Program-made: the position numbers and the translations under genes
Assembly: GCA_020348925.1 (NCBI GenBank)
Contig: CP070758.1
Coordinates: 886,469 to 950,468, forward strand
Direction: 5' to 3'
From: Gemmatimonadota bacterium
GTDB taxonomy: Bacteria > JBHIER01 > G020348925
Length of the DNA: 64,000 bases
Notes under the pieces: model-generated
Told to the model about the DNA's origin: nothing
Database searches by the model: none
The model's input: only the letters and a program-made list of their open reading frames with translations
Shown here: one piece after another, positions 10,728 to 20,530 of the stretch
Position numbering within the stretch: the first letter of the stretch is position 1
Layout: every line of letters begins with the position of its first letter

Positions 10728-11543
10728 ATGACAAAAGAACAACCCAACAAAAGAACCTCTCCTGATCCGGATCATACGTCTCAAGAGCGTTGCATTTGGA
10801 TGACAGCAGGAGTCGTGTCGTATAAGCTTTGTCCCTTGCAGTATGACTGTGAACACTGTGAATTTGATGAAGTTATGAGACACCAGTTCACACAGAGAGG
10901 CGTCCCTAAAAAGGGCATCGGTCTCAAGAAAAAGTCGTCCGCTGCGACGAAAGCACATAAGGAAGACCCATTTTTCACCTTTTCTGTCGATGAACTCCCT
11001 GAGGAGTGCTACTTCCATCTGACGCATGTGTGGGGTCGTCCGAGAAAAAAGGACATATGGGAGATGGGCATCGATCAGCTCTTGAGCTATATTTTACCCC
11101 CACCCATAGGATTCGAGGTGTTCGCCGACAAGAGGAACCTGGTCCAGAAGGAGGTGCTGGGCAGGATAATAACCACCGGTGGCTCGGTTTTTCTCATCAC
11201 CCCGCTGTCCGGGTCATTCATTCGCATGAATCCGGAAGTTTCGAAACGGCCGCAGTTGATGCAGGAAGATCCTTTGGGGAAAGGGTGGTTGGCACAGTTT
11301 CAATGGTCCCAGGACAGATCCGAACTCAGGGAATTCTATACCGGTGCTGAAGCGAGAAAATTTCTGCAAGAGGAAGCGTGTCACCTGAGACATGTACTCA
11401 AGTATCGCGGAGTAGAGGTTGGAAAAACAGGCACGACCCTTCGCGATGGGGGTGACAATTTTAAACACTTACATCAAATTCTCCCTTTAAAGCTGTGTGC
11501 GGAACTCTCCCGGATTCTTATTGCCCTTGGAAAGGCAATTTAA
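10728..11543 (+). CDS. Second GcvH-like protein, with N-terminal CxWMxAGxxxxKxCxxxYxCxxCxFD Cys domain and no lipoyl Lys
   Basis: CIWMTAGVVSYKLCPLQYDCEHCEFD; HVW..GIDQ..TPLSG..N..DPLGKGW. Start could be 10719 or 10728. Confidence 0.82.
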   Translation: MTKEQPNKRTSPDPDHTSQERCIWMTAGVVSYKLCPLQYDCEHCEFDEVMRHQFTQRGVPKKGIGLKKKSSAATKAHKEDPFFTFSVDELPEECYFHLTHVWGRPRKKDIWEMGIDQLLSYILPPPIGFEVFADKRNLVQKEVLGRIITTGGSVFLITPLSGSFIRMNPEVSKRPQLMQEDPLGKGWLAQFQWSQDRSELREFYTGAEARKFLQEEACHLRHVLKYRGVEVGKTGTTLRDGGDNFKHLHQILPLKLCAELSRILIALGKAI

Positions 11544-11725
11544 TCTGGAGCAAAGAGAGTAAAACGCATTTTGGTTCTGTTGTTCCCATTTCCACGCCGT
11601 TCCAAAGAAAAATTCAACCTTGAGGCCATTCCTAAAAACAACTTGCCTTGATCGGATACGGGTCATATCTTCAGTGATCAGTAGAGTATTTTTATGTACG
11701 ACCTTCAAAGTAATGTAAAATTTAC

Positions 11726-13369
11726 ATGTCCTTAGGATTAAAACTCTTCATTACGCTGGCCGTAGTCATGTGTTTGGGATTGGGACTGTTCACCTTCCTC
11801 AATATGAAAAGCCATACGAACAACCTGATTGAGCTGGTTCAATTAAACGCCCTCCAGGCGACAGACTTAATCAAGGAATCCACGCATTACAGCATGCTCA
11901 TTAACCGGAAAGAGGACATCCATCAGATATTTCAGAATTTCAGTGAGCTGCCGGGATTCGAGGTCATCCGGATTTACAATAAGGAAGGCGATATTATTTT
12001 CACAACAATACCTGAGGAGAGATTGAAAAAGGTCCCGATCACCTCAGAGGCGTGTCAGGTCTGCCACAGGTACCCACAACCGCTCAAGGCTTTGGCCACA
12101 CAGCAGCGACAAAGAATCATCAAATCACCGGACGGACATCGGATTCTGGCCCTCATCAATCCCATCGAAAACGAAAAAGCATGTTACGGGTCAGGATGTC
12201 ACGAACATCCTGATGACAGATCCATATTGGGGGCTCTGGATGTCCAGATGTCTCTGACAACGGTCGATACGGATATTTCCCGCAGCCGCAAACAGACGAT
12301 GTTGATGTTAATTGTTCTTGTCCTCTGTGTCTTTTTCGTCGTCGGGATATTGATCTGGACGTTGGTTCGGGCCCCCATTCGCAAGCTCATAGATGGGACC
12401 AAGGCTATTGCCCACGGGAATCTGGATTACACCATTCCCCTGCACAAAAAAGATGAGATCGGAAAGCTCGCCGACTCCTTCAATATCATGACAACGGAGT
12501 TGAAAAAGGCCCAGAATGAGATCACACAATGGTCAAAGACCCTGGAGAAAAGGGTAGAGGAAAAAACAGAGGAACTGAAACGCATCCAGGCTCATCTCAT
12601 TCAGGTTGAAAAAATGGCCTCGTTAGGCAAGCTCTCGGCCACAGTCGCCCACGAGCTGAACAACCCCCTGGGAGGCATTTTAAACTATGCCAAGCTGTTG
12701 CAGCTGAAGTTAGACTCCGGCAACTTGACCAAGGAAAGACTCGAATCAATCCAGGAGGAGCTTTCCGTCATCAGTGAAGAAGCCATGCGTTGCGGAAACA
12801 TCGTCAATAACCTGTTGCTGTTCTCCAAAAGGCAAATCGGTGAATTTTCAAGGACCGACATCCATGAAATTTTGGACCGCTGTTCTCAATTGATCCATCA
12901 CCACTTGGAACTGAATAAGATACGTCTCATAAAATCGTATCACAGCCAACATTCAGAACTGTTGTGTGATAAGGATCAAATTCAACAGGCGACATTGGCT
13001 ATTCTCATGAACGCGGTTGATGCCATGCCCAACGGAGGGGTGTTAAACATAACGACAGAAGATCATGCGAACGAAAAAGCTTTCATTCTAAAAATTCAGG
13101 ATACCGGATCAGGCATTCCCCAAGAGGATCTCTCTCACATCTTCGAGCCTTTTTTCACCACGAAACAAGAGGGGAAAGGGGTTGGATTGGGCTTATCAGT
13201 AGCCTATGGCATCTTTGAAGCCCACAATGCAAAGGTCGAAGTGAGCTCGAAAGTGGGTCAAGGGACGACATTCGTCGTGAAGCTCAACCGCGACCTGGCG
13301 CAGATATCGGATCCGCGAGTGAAATTCGAAAAAGATTTGAAAGAAGGTAAAGAAAATGAAATCGAATAA
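11726..13369 (+). CDS. Sensor histidine kinase (HAMP-HisKA-HATPase) with heme c-type motifs in the periplasmic domain
   Basis: Two TM helices; CQVCH and CYGSGCH; HELNNP; FEPFFTTK...GVGLGL. Confidence 0.93.
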   Translation: MSLGLKLFITLAVVMCLGLGLFTFLNMKSHTNNLIELVQLNALQATDLIKESTHYSMLINRKEDIHQIFQNFSELPGFEVIRIYNKEGDIIFTTIPEERLKKVPITSEACQVCHRYPQPLKALATQQRQRIIKSPDGHRILALINPIENEKACYGSGCHEHPDDRSILGALDVQMSLTTVDTDISRSRKQTMLMLIVLVLCVFFVVGILIWTLVRAPIRKLIDGTKAIAHGNLDYTIPLHKKDEIGKLADSFNIMTTELKKAQNEITQWSKTLEKRVEEKTEELKRIQAHLIQVEKMASLGKLSATVAHELNNPLGGILNYAKLLQLKLDSGNLTKERLESIQEELSVISEEAMRCGNIVNNLLLFSKRQIGEFSRTDIHEILDRCSQLIHHHLELNKIRLIKSYHSQHSELLCDKDQIQQATLAILMNAVDAMPNGGVLNITTEDHANEKAFILKIQDTGSGIPQEDLSHIFEPFFTTKQEGKGVGLGLSVAYGIFEAHNAKVEVSSKVGQGTTFVVKLNRDLAQISDPRVKFEKDLKEGKENEIE

Positions 13370-14708
13370 AGATGAAAAATCACTGGGGATCTTGGTGGTC
13401 GATGATGAGCGGAGTGTGCGGGACTCATTGAGGAAGTGGTTCGTCGAAAGCGGCTACAATGCCGACTCGGCTGCGGATGCGAAAGAGGCTTTGAATAAGC
13501 TCCAAAAGGGGGGGTGGGATATCGTCTTTTTAGATATCAGGCTCCCCGGTATGGATGGCATGGAGCTTCAAAAGAGGATCAAGGACCTCTCACCGAATAC
13601 CATCATCATCATGATTACGGCCTATGCTTCAGTTGACACCGCCGTTCAGTCTCTCAAGGAAGGTGCCTACGACTATATCACAAAACCTGTGGATCCCAAT
13701 TATCTGATCCATCTTGTAAACAAGATCGCCCAACAGCGACTTCTCATCTCAGAAAACATACAGCTCAAGGAAAGAATTCAGGAGCTCTACGAAGTCGACC
13801 AGATCGTGGGGGAAAGCTCTTCGATGCTGAAAGTCTTTGAGCTCATCAAAGCTGTGGCACCGACGGATACCTCGGTCATGATCAGAGGCGAGAGCGGGAC
13901 GGGAAAGGAGCTTATCGCCCGGGCCATTCACTCAAGCAGCCCCAGACGATTCCATCCCATTATTACGGTCAACTGCGGAGGCCTGACAGAAGGGCTTTTG
14001 GAGAGCGAGTTCTTCGGTCATGAGAAGGGAGCATTCACCGGTGCCCTCTATCGTCGCAAGGGGAAATTTGAGATGGGCGACGGGGGAACCATCTTTCTGG
14101 ATGAGGTGGGCAATATAGGCGTGAAGACCCAGATGGATCTCCTCCGAGTTCTGGAGACGAAACAGTTCACCAGGGTTGGAGGGAATGAGGTGATCCAGGT
14201 AGACTTCCGTCTCATCTGCGCCACAAACCGGGACTTGGAATTGGCCGTCAAGGAAGGGGATTTCAGGGAGGATCTCTATTACCGGCTCAACGTCTTCTCC
14301 ATTTCAATCCCCCCTTTGCGCGAAAGAAGGGGCGACATTCCTCTGCTGGCCGAACACTTCTTGAAAAGACTGACGTCCTCAATGAGCAAACAGATCTACG
14401 GGTTTACTCCGGAGAGCATGGAACTTCTGAAAAAATACGATTGGCCCGGTAATGTGCGCGAGATGAAAAATGCCATCGAAAGGGCCATTGTTGTCGGCAA
14501 GGGGAACTATATCACGGTCGGCGATCTTCCCATTCCTGCCTCATTAAAAATTTCCCCGGAGGATCGAAGTCTGGAAGCTCTTGAGAAGGCGCATATCTTT
14601 AATATGTTAGAAGAGATGGGATGGAACATCACCCATGCAGCGGAAACGTTAAAGATAGACCGATCAACGCTGTACAGTAAAATAGAAAAATACGGCCTGC
14701 GAAAATGA
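13356..14708 (+). CDS. NtrC/AtoC-family sigma54-dependent response regulator
   Basis: REC domain, GESGTGKE, GAFTGA, FLDEV, WPGNVRE, C-terminal Fis-type HTH. Confidence 0.96.
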   Translation: MKSNKDEKSLGILVVDDERSVRDSLRKWFVESGYNADSAADAKEALNKLQKGGWDIVFLDIRLPGMDGMELQKRIKDLSPNTIIIMITAYASVDTAVQSLKEGAYDYITKPVDPNYLIHLVNKIAQQRLLISENIQLKERIQELYEVDQIVGESSSMLKVFELIKAVAPTDTSVMIRGESGTGKELIARAIHSSSPRRFHPIITVNCGGLTEGLLESEFFGHEKGAFTGALYRRKGKFEMGDGGTIFLDEVGNIGVKTQMDLLRVLETKQFTRVGGNEVIQVDFRLICATNRDLELAVKEGDFREDLYYRLNVFSISIPPLRERRGDIPLLAEHFLKRLTSSMSKQIYGFTPESMELLKKYDWPGNVREMKNAIERAIVVGKGNYITVGDLPIPASLKISPEDRSLEALEKAHIFNMLEEMGWNITHAAETLKIDRSTLYSKIEKYGLRK

Positions 14709-14711
14709 CCG

Positions 14712-15266
14712 GTGCATACACTACAGAACATCTTACACATCTGCTTACTTCCACTCTCTTTTCCAGATCACGAACTCCTGACTGAGCTTTCATCTGTTCT
14801 TGGGGAAATATTTCGAATCCCAGTCGTCATTTCAAATAAACATTTCTCTCTGGAAGATGGAAAGGATTATGTTCGCAATCAGTACAATTCTACCTGGATC
14901 TTAGCCCAAATTTTAGAACAGTTCCCCGAAGACTCTTACAAAATCTTGGGAGTAACCACCGTCGATTTGTATGTCCCAGTCCTGACGTATGTTTTCGGTG
15001 AGGCCCAGTTGGATGGGACAGCCGCTGTCGTCTCAATCCACAGACTGAGAGATGAGTTGTACGGGCTCCCCAAGAATCCGCAAAAACTGCAGGAGCGGTT
15101 GGAAAAGGAGGCCATCCACGAATTGGGACATACCTTCGGGTTGATTCACTGCTCCCAGCCGCAATGTGTCATGTATACCTCCACCTACGCCGAGGAGATC
15201 GATTTCAAGCCCAAGTACTTCTGTCACTCCTGCCTTCAGGAACTCAGTGCAAAATCGAAAAAGTAG
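14712..15266 (+). CDS. Archaemetzincin (peptidase M54) zinc metalloprotease
   Basis: VDLY...YVFGEA; HELGHTFGLIHC...CVM...FCHSC. Confidence 0.9.
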   Translation: MHTLQNILHICLLPLSFPDHELLTELSSVLGEIFRIPVVISNKHFSLEDGKDYVRNQYNSTWILAQILEQFPEDSYKILGVTTVDLYVPVLTYVFGEAQLDGTAAVVSIHRLRDELYGLPKNPQKLQERLEKEAIHELGHTFGLIHCSQPQCVMYTSTYAEEIDFKPKYFCHSCLQELSAKSKK

Positions 15267-15509
15267 GTCGAATTACAAAACGTCCTCCGATCACGAAATG
15301 GCAGTGGAACCATGAATCGCATTGGATTCGTGGTCATCCGTTCCGGTTCGGATGTGCCGACCTCTCATCTCACGCAGTTCAACTTTTCAAATTCTCCTTG
15401 ACACGACGGTTTGAATGCTGTACTTTCGGGAGTGATTTATTGCGACGTTCTGTTTTCCACCTGCTTTACAAAGGTCTCTGAGCGCAACTCAAAAATCTCT
15501 TTGACATCT

Positions 15510-16436
15510 ATGCCCCGCCCAAATCGCAACAGTCGAGACGGACAGAGGAACGTATCACCCGCCCAAATGGCTGTGTGGGCCAGCCTTCTCGTCCTGATCA
15601 CCCTCCTCTGGGGAAATTCCTTCATTGCCATTAAATATGTCGTCCGGTATGTGACGCCCCTGGAGCTGGTTACTGTCCGTTTTGTGCCGGTAGCCATTAC
15701 CTTCACGATCATATTACTGCCGAAATACAGAAGTGGGGTATGGAGCATCATTCGCAATGAATGGTGGAGACTGATGCTTCTGGGACTGACAGGTGCGGTG
15801 CTTTACAACGTTTTCTTAAGCTGGGGCGAGACCAGGGTTGCCGCAGGAACCGCCAGCTTGATTATCACGCTCAATCCCGCCTTCATCTACACCCTCGCCG
15901 TCCTTTTTCTCAAAGAACAGTTTTCCTGGGGTCGCGTGTTAGGGCTGGCCGTCGCCTTCGGAGGCGTATTCGTCATCGTCCGTTGGGGCAGCGGCCGTGC
16001 TGTGACTCTCGACGACATTGGCTTCGCAGGGATCACCATGCTTGCCCCGGCCATGTGGGCCATCTTCACTGTGACAGGCAAGACTATCGTAACACGATAT
16101 CCTCCCCTGCTGGTGACCGGTATCTCAATGACATTCGCAGGTCTGTTCTCCCTCGTCTTTATACGACCTTCCTTCGCAAAACTACTCCCGGCTTTTCCCG
16201 TCCTGTTTTGGTGGGCAGTTCTCTTTCTCGCCTTGCCGTGTACGGTCTTTGCTTTCTACATCTGGTTTGCGGCTTTGGAACGCTTATCGGCCGCTCGTGT
16301 GGCCAGCTTTGTCTATCTTGTGCCCATGTTCGGCGTTACCTTCAGCCGCTGGCTTCTCAACGAATCCATCACCCCCGCTCTCATTCTGGGAGGAATTATC
16401 CTCATCGTTGGCATATGGCTGGTCAACCGGCGGTAA
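15510..16436 (+). CDS. DMT/EamA family transporter
   Basis: LLWGNSFIAIK; two EamA repeats, about 10 TM segments; start uncertain. Confidence 0.9.
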   Translation: MPRPNRNSRDGQRNVSPAQMAVWASLLVLITLLWGNSFIAIKYVVRYVTPLELVTVRFVPVAITFTIILLPKYRSGVWSIIRNEWWRLMLLGLTGAVLYNVFLSWGETRVAAGTASLIITLNPAFIYTLAVLFLKEQFSWGRVLGLAVAFGGVFVIVRWGSGRAVTLDDIGFAGITMLAPAMWAIFTVTGKTIVTRYPPLLVTGISMTFAGLFSLVFIRPSFAKLLPAFPVLFWWAVLFLALPCTVFAFYIWFAALERLSAARVASFVYLVPMFGVTFSRWLLNESITPALILGGIILIVGIWLVNRR

Positions 16437-16563
16437 AACCCAAAATTCGAATCAAAGAAATAGAGAGGGACAGCATGCTGCAGACCTGTTACGAGTGCTG
16501 TTCATTCCATTTTACGTTCAAAACACACTCCTGCAACGGAATCCCTCATCATCCTGAAACGTA

Positions 16564-16592
16564 TTGACAAACGAGGAAAAGGATCTTAGATT
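16564..16592 (+). promoter_or_regulatory. Sigma70-like promoter upstream of the MgtC-family gene
   Basis: TTGACA-N17-TAGATT. Confidence 0.55.
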
Positions 16593-16702
16593 GAAACAGA
16601 ATATCTGAAATGCGGCGAACCTATGCTGCAATTGCGTCGGTTTCATTTCGCTGTTATATCATCAAGGGAAACCTATTTGTGTAACAAGGAGGTACAGAGC
16701 AC

Positions 16703-17170
16703 ATGAATCCGCTTACATCTCAATTCTGGATCGGGGTCGGTTGTGCTGTGCTGTGCGGGGCTATTCTTGGTTTCGAGCGTCAGATACGAGGCAAGCCGGC
16801 TGGAATCCGGACAAGTATCTTGATCTGTCTGGCCACCAGTATTTTCATCCATCTCGGAGCCAGCTTCGGGGGTCCGCATGTCGATCCGACGAGGGTGCTG
16901 GCTCAGGTTGTGACAGGTGTGGGCTTTTTAGGAGCCGGTGTCATCCTCGCCCGGGAAGGCCTTGTTGTGGGAGTAACGTCGGCTGCAGTCATTTGGGTTC
17001 TGGCCGGTATCGGGGCCATGATCGGGTTTCGAAAGTTTACCCCCGCCATCGCACTTTCGGTCGTAACAGTGGCCATTTTGACCGGTATCGAATTCCTCGA
17101 AAGGGGCATCCATCGACTCCGCAGCGGCTTCCACGCGGGGAATGAGGACAGAAAGACGAGCGATGTCTGA
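16703..17170 (+). CDS. MgtC/SapB family membrane protein
   Basis: GAILGFERQ..GKPAGIRT, DPTRVLAQVVTGVGFLGAGVI, GVTSAAVIW. Confidence 0.92.
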   Translation: MNPLTSQFWIGVGCAVLCGAILGFERQIRGKPAGIRTSILICLATSIFIHLGASFGGPHVDPTRVLAQVVTGVGFLGAGVILAREGLVVGVTSAAVIWVLAGIGAMIGFRKFTPAIALSVVTVAILTGIEFLERGIHRLRSGFHAGNEDRKTSDV

Positions 17171-17350
17171 TATATGATGAGAGAGTGAAAAGCTTCTTCC
17201 TCGTTCCCGATACGGACTTCCCCGTTTACAGGTTTATTGTTTGAGTTGAATACACCGCAAATTGGTCAGAAGATAATTTAACATATTTTTTTGAACTATG
17301 AAAGTTATGGCCTTGAACTCCGCTCGTTTTTGCTTTCCACAGGAACACCG

Positions 17351-17456
17351 CATGTCATTCCGGTCTTATACCGGAGTCTCCTGAGTAGAAAGGAAGTTGA
17401 GCCAACCGAGGAGATTTCCCGATAAATCAGGATCGAAACGACAGCTCATGAATAAA
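17351..17456 (+). repeat. Dispersed palindromic intergenic repeat, copy 1 (TGTCATTCC family)
   Basis: catgtcattccgg..ccggagtctcctgagtagaaag...gaggagatt...acgacagctcatgaataaa; matches 60378-60479. Confidence 0.8.
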
Positions 17457-17555
17457 CCTTGACAAAGGGAATAGAAAATTTTATTTTAAGCACGTTATCC
17501 GACAGTGAGCATTTTGAATAAGCGTTCGAGCTAAAGAGGAAAAGAGGAGGCTATC

Positions 17556-18413
17556 ATGAAAAGAACGTTTTTCGTTCTGCTGTTGGTGAGTCTTGCCTCC
17601 GCTGCAGCAGATGAGTACGGACTCGAAAAAGTCTGGGAAACTGAACAGATTCTAAAAACACCCGAATCCGTCATTTATAATCCTGCCGATAGCATGCTGT
17701 ATGTCTCCAATATCAACGACAGCCCATCGGCAAAGGACAGCAATGGATTTATCTCTAAGGTCTCGCTTGACGGAAAGATACAGCAGTTAAAATGGGCAAG
17801 CGGATTACACGCCCCCAAGGGTTCGGGGATATTCAAGGATACATTGTACGTCACCGACATCGATCATCTTGTTGAGATCGACATGAAATCGGGCAAAATT
17901 ATGGATCGCCATCCGGCCCCCGGGGCGAAGTTCTTAAACGACGTGGCCATCGATACTTCAGGCAACGTGTATGTTTCCGATTATTCCAAGGACAACAGTG
18001 CCATTTACAGATTCAACGGAAAAAACGTTGAGGTCTGGGCAAAGAGCAAAGACATCAAATCGCCCAATGGCCTTTGGCTTGAAGGGGTGGAACTGTTCTT
18101 CGGCAATACCGGTGACGGCTCGCTGAAGGCCATCAATTGTGCAACCAGGAAGATCCGTAAAATCGTTGATGTCGGTTTCGGCATCGATGGCCTGCGGGCC
18201 GACGGCCGCGGCAACTGGCTTGTTTCGGACTGGCAGGGCAAGACGTCATTGGTAGAGGAGAATGGCAAGATAACAGTACTTTTGGATACAACCAAATCCA
18301 AAATCAACTCGGCGGATATTGAATTCGTTTCAGGCATGAATCTTTTGATCATACCGACTTTTTTTGATAATAAGGTTGTTACTTATAAAATTGAATTGAA
18401 AGAAAGAAAATAA
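17556..18413 (+). CDS. Secreted SMP-30/gluconolactonase-like beta-propeller protein
   Basis: Signal peptide; TPESV, LYVSNIN..P..KD.NGFISK, APKG, FLNDVA, PNGL, DGL. Confidence 0.85.
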   Translation: MKRTFFVLLLVSLASAAADEYGLEKVWETEQILKTPESVIYNPADSMLYVSNINDSPSAKDSNGFISKVSLDGKIQQLKWASGLHAPKGSGIFKDTLYVTDIDHLVEIDMKSGKIMDRHPAPGAKFLNDVAIDTSGNVYVSDYSKDNSAIYRFNGKNVEVWAKSKDIKSPNGLWLEGVELFFGNTGDGSLKAINCATRKIRKIVDVGFGIDGLRADGRGNWLVSDWQGKTSLVEENGKITVLLDTTKSKINSADIEFVSGMNLLIIPTFFDNKVVTYKIELKERK

Positions 18414-18431
18414 GAATGGTCTCGCCTTGTT

Positions 18432-18710
18432 TCAAAATTCCGTCCAACTGATGACACCTTTGGCGATCCGGAACAGTTTCTCTTCAACCGATAATTGTTC
18501 TTCAAGCCACCCGCTATATTCTTCAGTCGTTCTGAATTCCCTATGATAGCGGTTTGTCAGGGGATCACATCCTCCGTTCGCATAAAATCCAGCGCTGGAC
18601 CAGGACCATTCCCTGGCATGTTTACACAACCCCGCACTCACGGGATTCCGCTCAATGTAACGACCGCAGGCCATCATGTATAGCTCGATCTCACGGGATA
18701 TGTATGCTGG
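18432..18710 (-). pseudogene. REP-associated tyrosine transposase (RAYT) C-terminal remnant
   Basis: ACGRYIERNPVSAGLC...W.WSSA.FY; no N-terminal HUH part found upstream. Confidence 0.75.
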
Positions 18711-18871
18711 GTGAAAATCTTTTTTGGGTGTATCTCCCTTCCCATCCCCCTTACAGGATATATATCCTGTGCGATCTCGTGGTCCTGTCCGATCTCAGCC
18801 TAACCCTCACCACGCCTGGACACCTCGATTCCGTTTCATTCCACACAGAATAGCATCTTAACAAAACGAAA

Positions 18872-18919
18872 GACAGGGTTTATCCCTGTCCGAGGACAGC
18901 CGTAAAGGCCGTCCCTACA
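18872..18919 (-). repeat. GTAG-type REP doublet next to the RAYT remnant
   Basis: Minus strand tGTAGggacggcctttacggctgtcc-tc-ggacagggataaaccctgtc: two hairpins, GTAG at the 5' foot. Confidence 0.65.
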
Positions 18920-19018
18920 TCTTCAAAAAATCCTCAAACACAGCCTCAAGGAAAGCCTTTGATAATTCATGTATAATAACTAAATTAATTCAGATATCTC
19001 AGAAATCTTTCAGATCAA

Positions 19019-19047
19019 TGTAAACCGATTCTCCTCCCAACTCGTCT
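19019..19047 (+). promoter_or_regulatory. ECF sigma promoter (probably autoregulatory)
   Basis: TGTAAAC-N17-CGTCT just upstream of the ECF gene; same geometry at 23285-23312. Confidence 0.7.
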
Positions 19048-19068
19048 TTCTGATCGGAAGGAGGTTAC

Positions 19069-19650
19069 ATGAAGGATGGTGAGCAGAGGCTCATTGAGCA
19101 ACTCAAGGCCGGAGAGACCGAAGCCTTCAGGGAGCTGGTCGAACGATACAAGAAACAGGCGTACTACGTCGCCTACGACCTTATGGGCACTCACGAGGAC
19201 GCCGAGGACATCTCCCAGGAGGCCTTCATCAAGGTGTATCAATCGATCGGGAGCTTTCGGGGCGAAGCCCAGTTCAGCACCTGGTTGTACCGGATTGTAG
19301 TGAACCTATGTATCAGCGAAAAGAGAAAGAAGAGTTCGAAAGAAATGGAATACTATGGAGATACAATACCCGAGGCAGCGCATCACGCCCAGGACATCGA
19401 TCCCTCGGAACACCCGGAAAAGGCCCTTCAGTCCCAAAAAATTCAAGAGCACATCCGGGAGGCTCTGGACAAACTCCCCTCACAACAGAAAACCGTTTTT
19501 GTGCTGCGCTTTTATCAGGATCTGTCCCTCAAGGAAATCGGACGTATTATGAAATTGTCCGAAGGGACGGTGAAAAGTCATCTCTTTCGGACATTGCGAA
19601 AATTGAGAGAATATCTGAAATTCTACGAAGCCGATTTCGGACTAGAATGA
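19069..19650 (+). CDS. ECF (sigma-70 group 4) RNA polymerase sigma factor
   Basis: DAEDISQEAF, FRGEAQFSTWLYRIVVN, SLKEIG..MKLSEGTVKSHLFR. Confidence 0.95.
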   Translation: MKDGEQRLIEQLKAGETEAFRELVERYKKQAYYVAYDLMGTHEDAEDISQEAFIKVYQSIGSFRGEAQFSTWLYRIVVNLCISEKRKKSSKEMEYYGDTIPEAAHHAQDIDPSEHPEKALQSQKIQEHIREALDKLPSQQKTVFVLRFYQDLSLKEIGRIMKLSEGTVKSHLFRTLRKLREYLKFYEADFGLE

Positions 19651-19661
19651 GAGGTTAGAAA

Positions 19662-20501
19662 ATGAAGGCATGCAAAGAATTTAAAAAATTATACGTCGAA
19701 TACCTCTTCGGTGAGCTTGAAGCAGAGAAGCGTGGAAACTTCGAGGGCCATTTGTCTCAATGCTCCAATTGCGCGTCCGAACTGGCAGAGATGAGGCGGA
19801 CTTTGGAGATGATGGGGCACAGCAGACGTGTGGAACCTCCCGAGGAGTACTGGGACACCTACTGGTCGCGGTTGTCGACTCGTATGGAGAAAGAGCTGGC
19901 ACCCAAGACCCGGGCGAAAATCGGAATCTGGGGGAGAATCAAGGAATCCTTTCCGACCATCCCCAGCCCCGCGTACAGATGGGCGGCCGTGGCAGCAGCC
20001 CTGGTTCTCGGAATTGTTATTGGCAGATATCTCGTCACTTCGGGCGGTGTAAAGGAAGCACCCGTGGCGCAGAGCCCCGCTCAACCGGAACAGGAGATGT
20101 ACGCCCAGACTGTGGACTCTCGCGCGGAAAAATACCTTGAGAAATCCAAGATTTTTCTCCTCGGCTTTGTGAACACCAACGGAGAACTCGAAGAGGGCGA
20201 TTTCGATATGTCCCGGCAGCGTGATATTTCCCAGGGCCTCATCCAGGAGGCCTCATACCTGAAGGATAACTTACAGGGACATTCGCAGCAGAGGCTCAGA
20301 ACGCTCATTGAGGACCTGGAAACCATTCTCATCGAGATCGCCAATCTTGAAGAACAGGAAGATCTTCCCGACATCGAGCTCATCCGGGACGGCATCGACC
20401 GGAGGGGCATTTTACTGAAGATCAATGTGCATCAGATGAAAGATGAGTTTGATCGAGAAGATATGAAATCGAAGAAAGAAAGGGACAAAACACTCATCTG
20501 A
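19662..20501 (+). CDS. Zinc-binding (zf-HC2) transmembrane anti-sigma factor
   Basis: C...YL.GEL...HLSQCSNC; single TM; periplasmic helical domain. Confidence 0.9.
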   Translation: MKACKEFKKLYVEYLFGELEAEKRGNFEGHLSQCSNCASELAEMRRTLEMMGHSRRVEPPEEYWDTYWSRLSTRMEKELAPKTRAKIGIWGRIKESFPTIPSPAYRWAAVAAALVLGIVIGRYLVTSGGVKEAPVAQSPAQPEQEMYAQTVDSRAEKYLEKSKIFLLGFVNTNGELEEGDFDMSRQRDISQGLIQEASYLKDNLQGHSQQRLRTLIEDLETILIEIANLEEQEDLPDIELIRDGIDRRGILLKINVHQMKDEFDREDMKSKKERDKTLI

Positions 20502-20530
20502 GGCTCTATACTTTGAAAGGAGTGATTGAA

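Noticed and set aside
16600-16700. Mg2+ riboswitch ahead of the MgtC-family gene
   Set aside because: The leader is short with only a weak hairpin, and I could not recognise M-box consensus elements.
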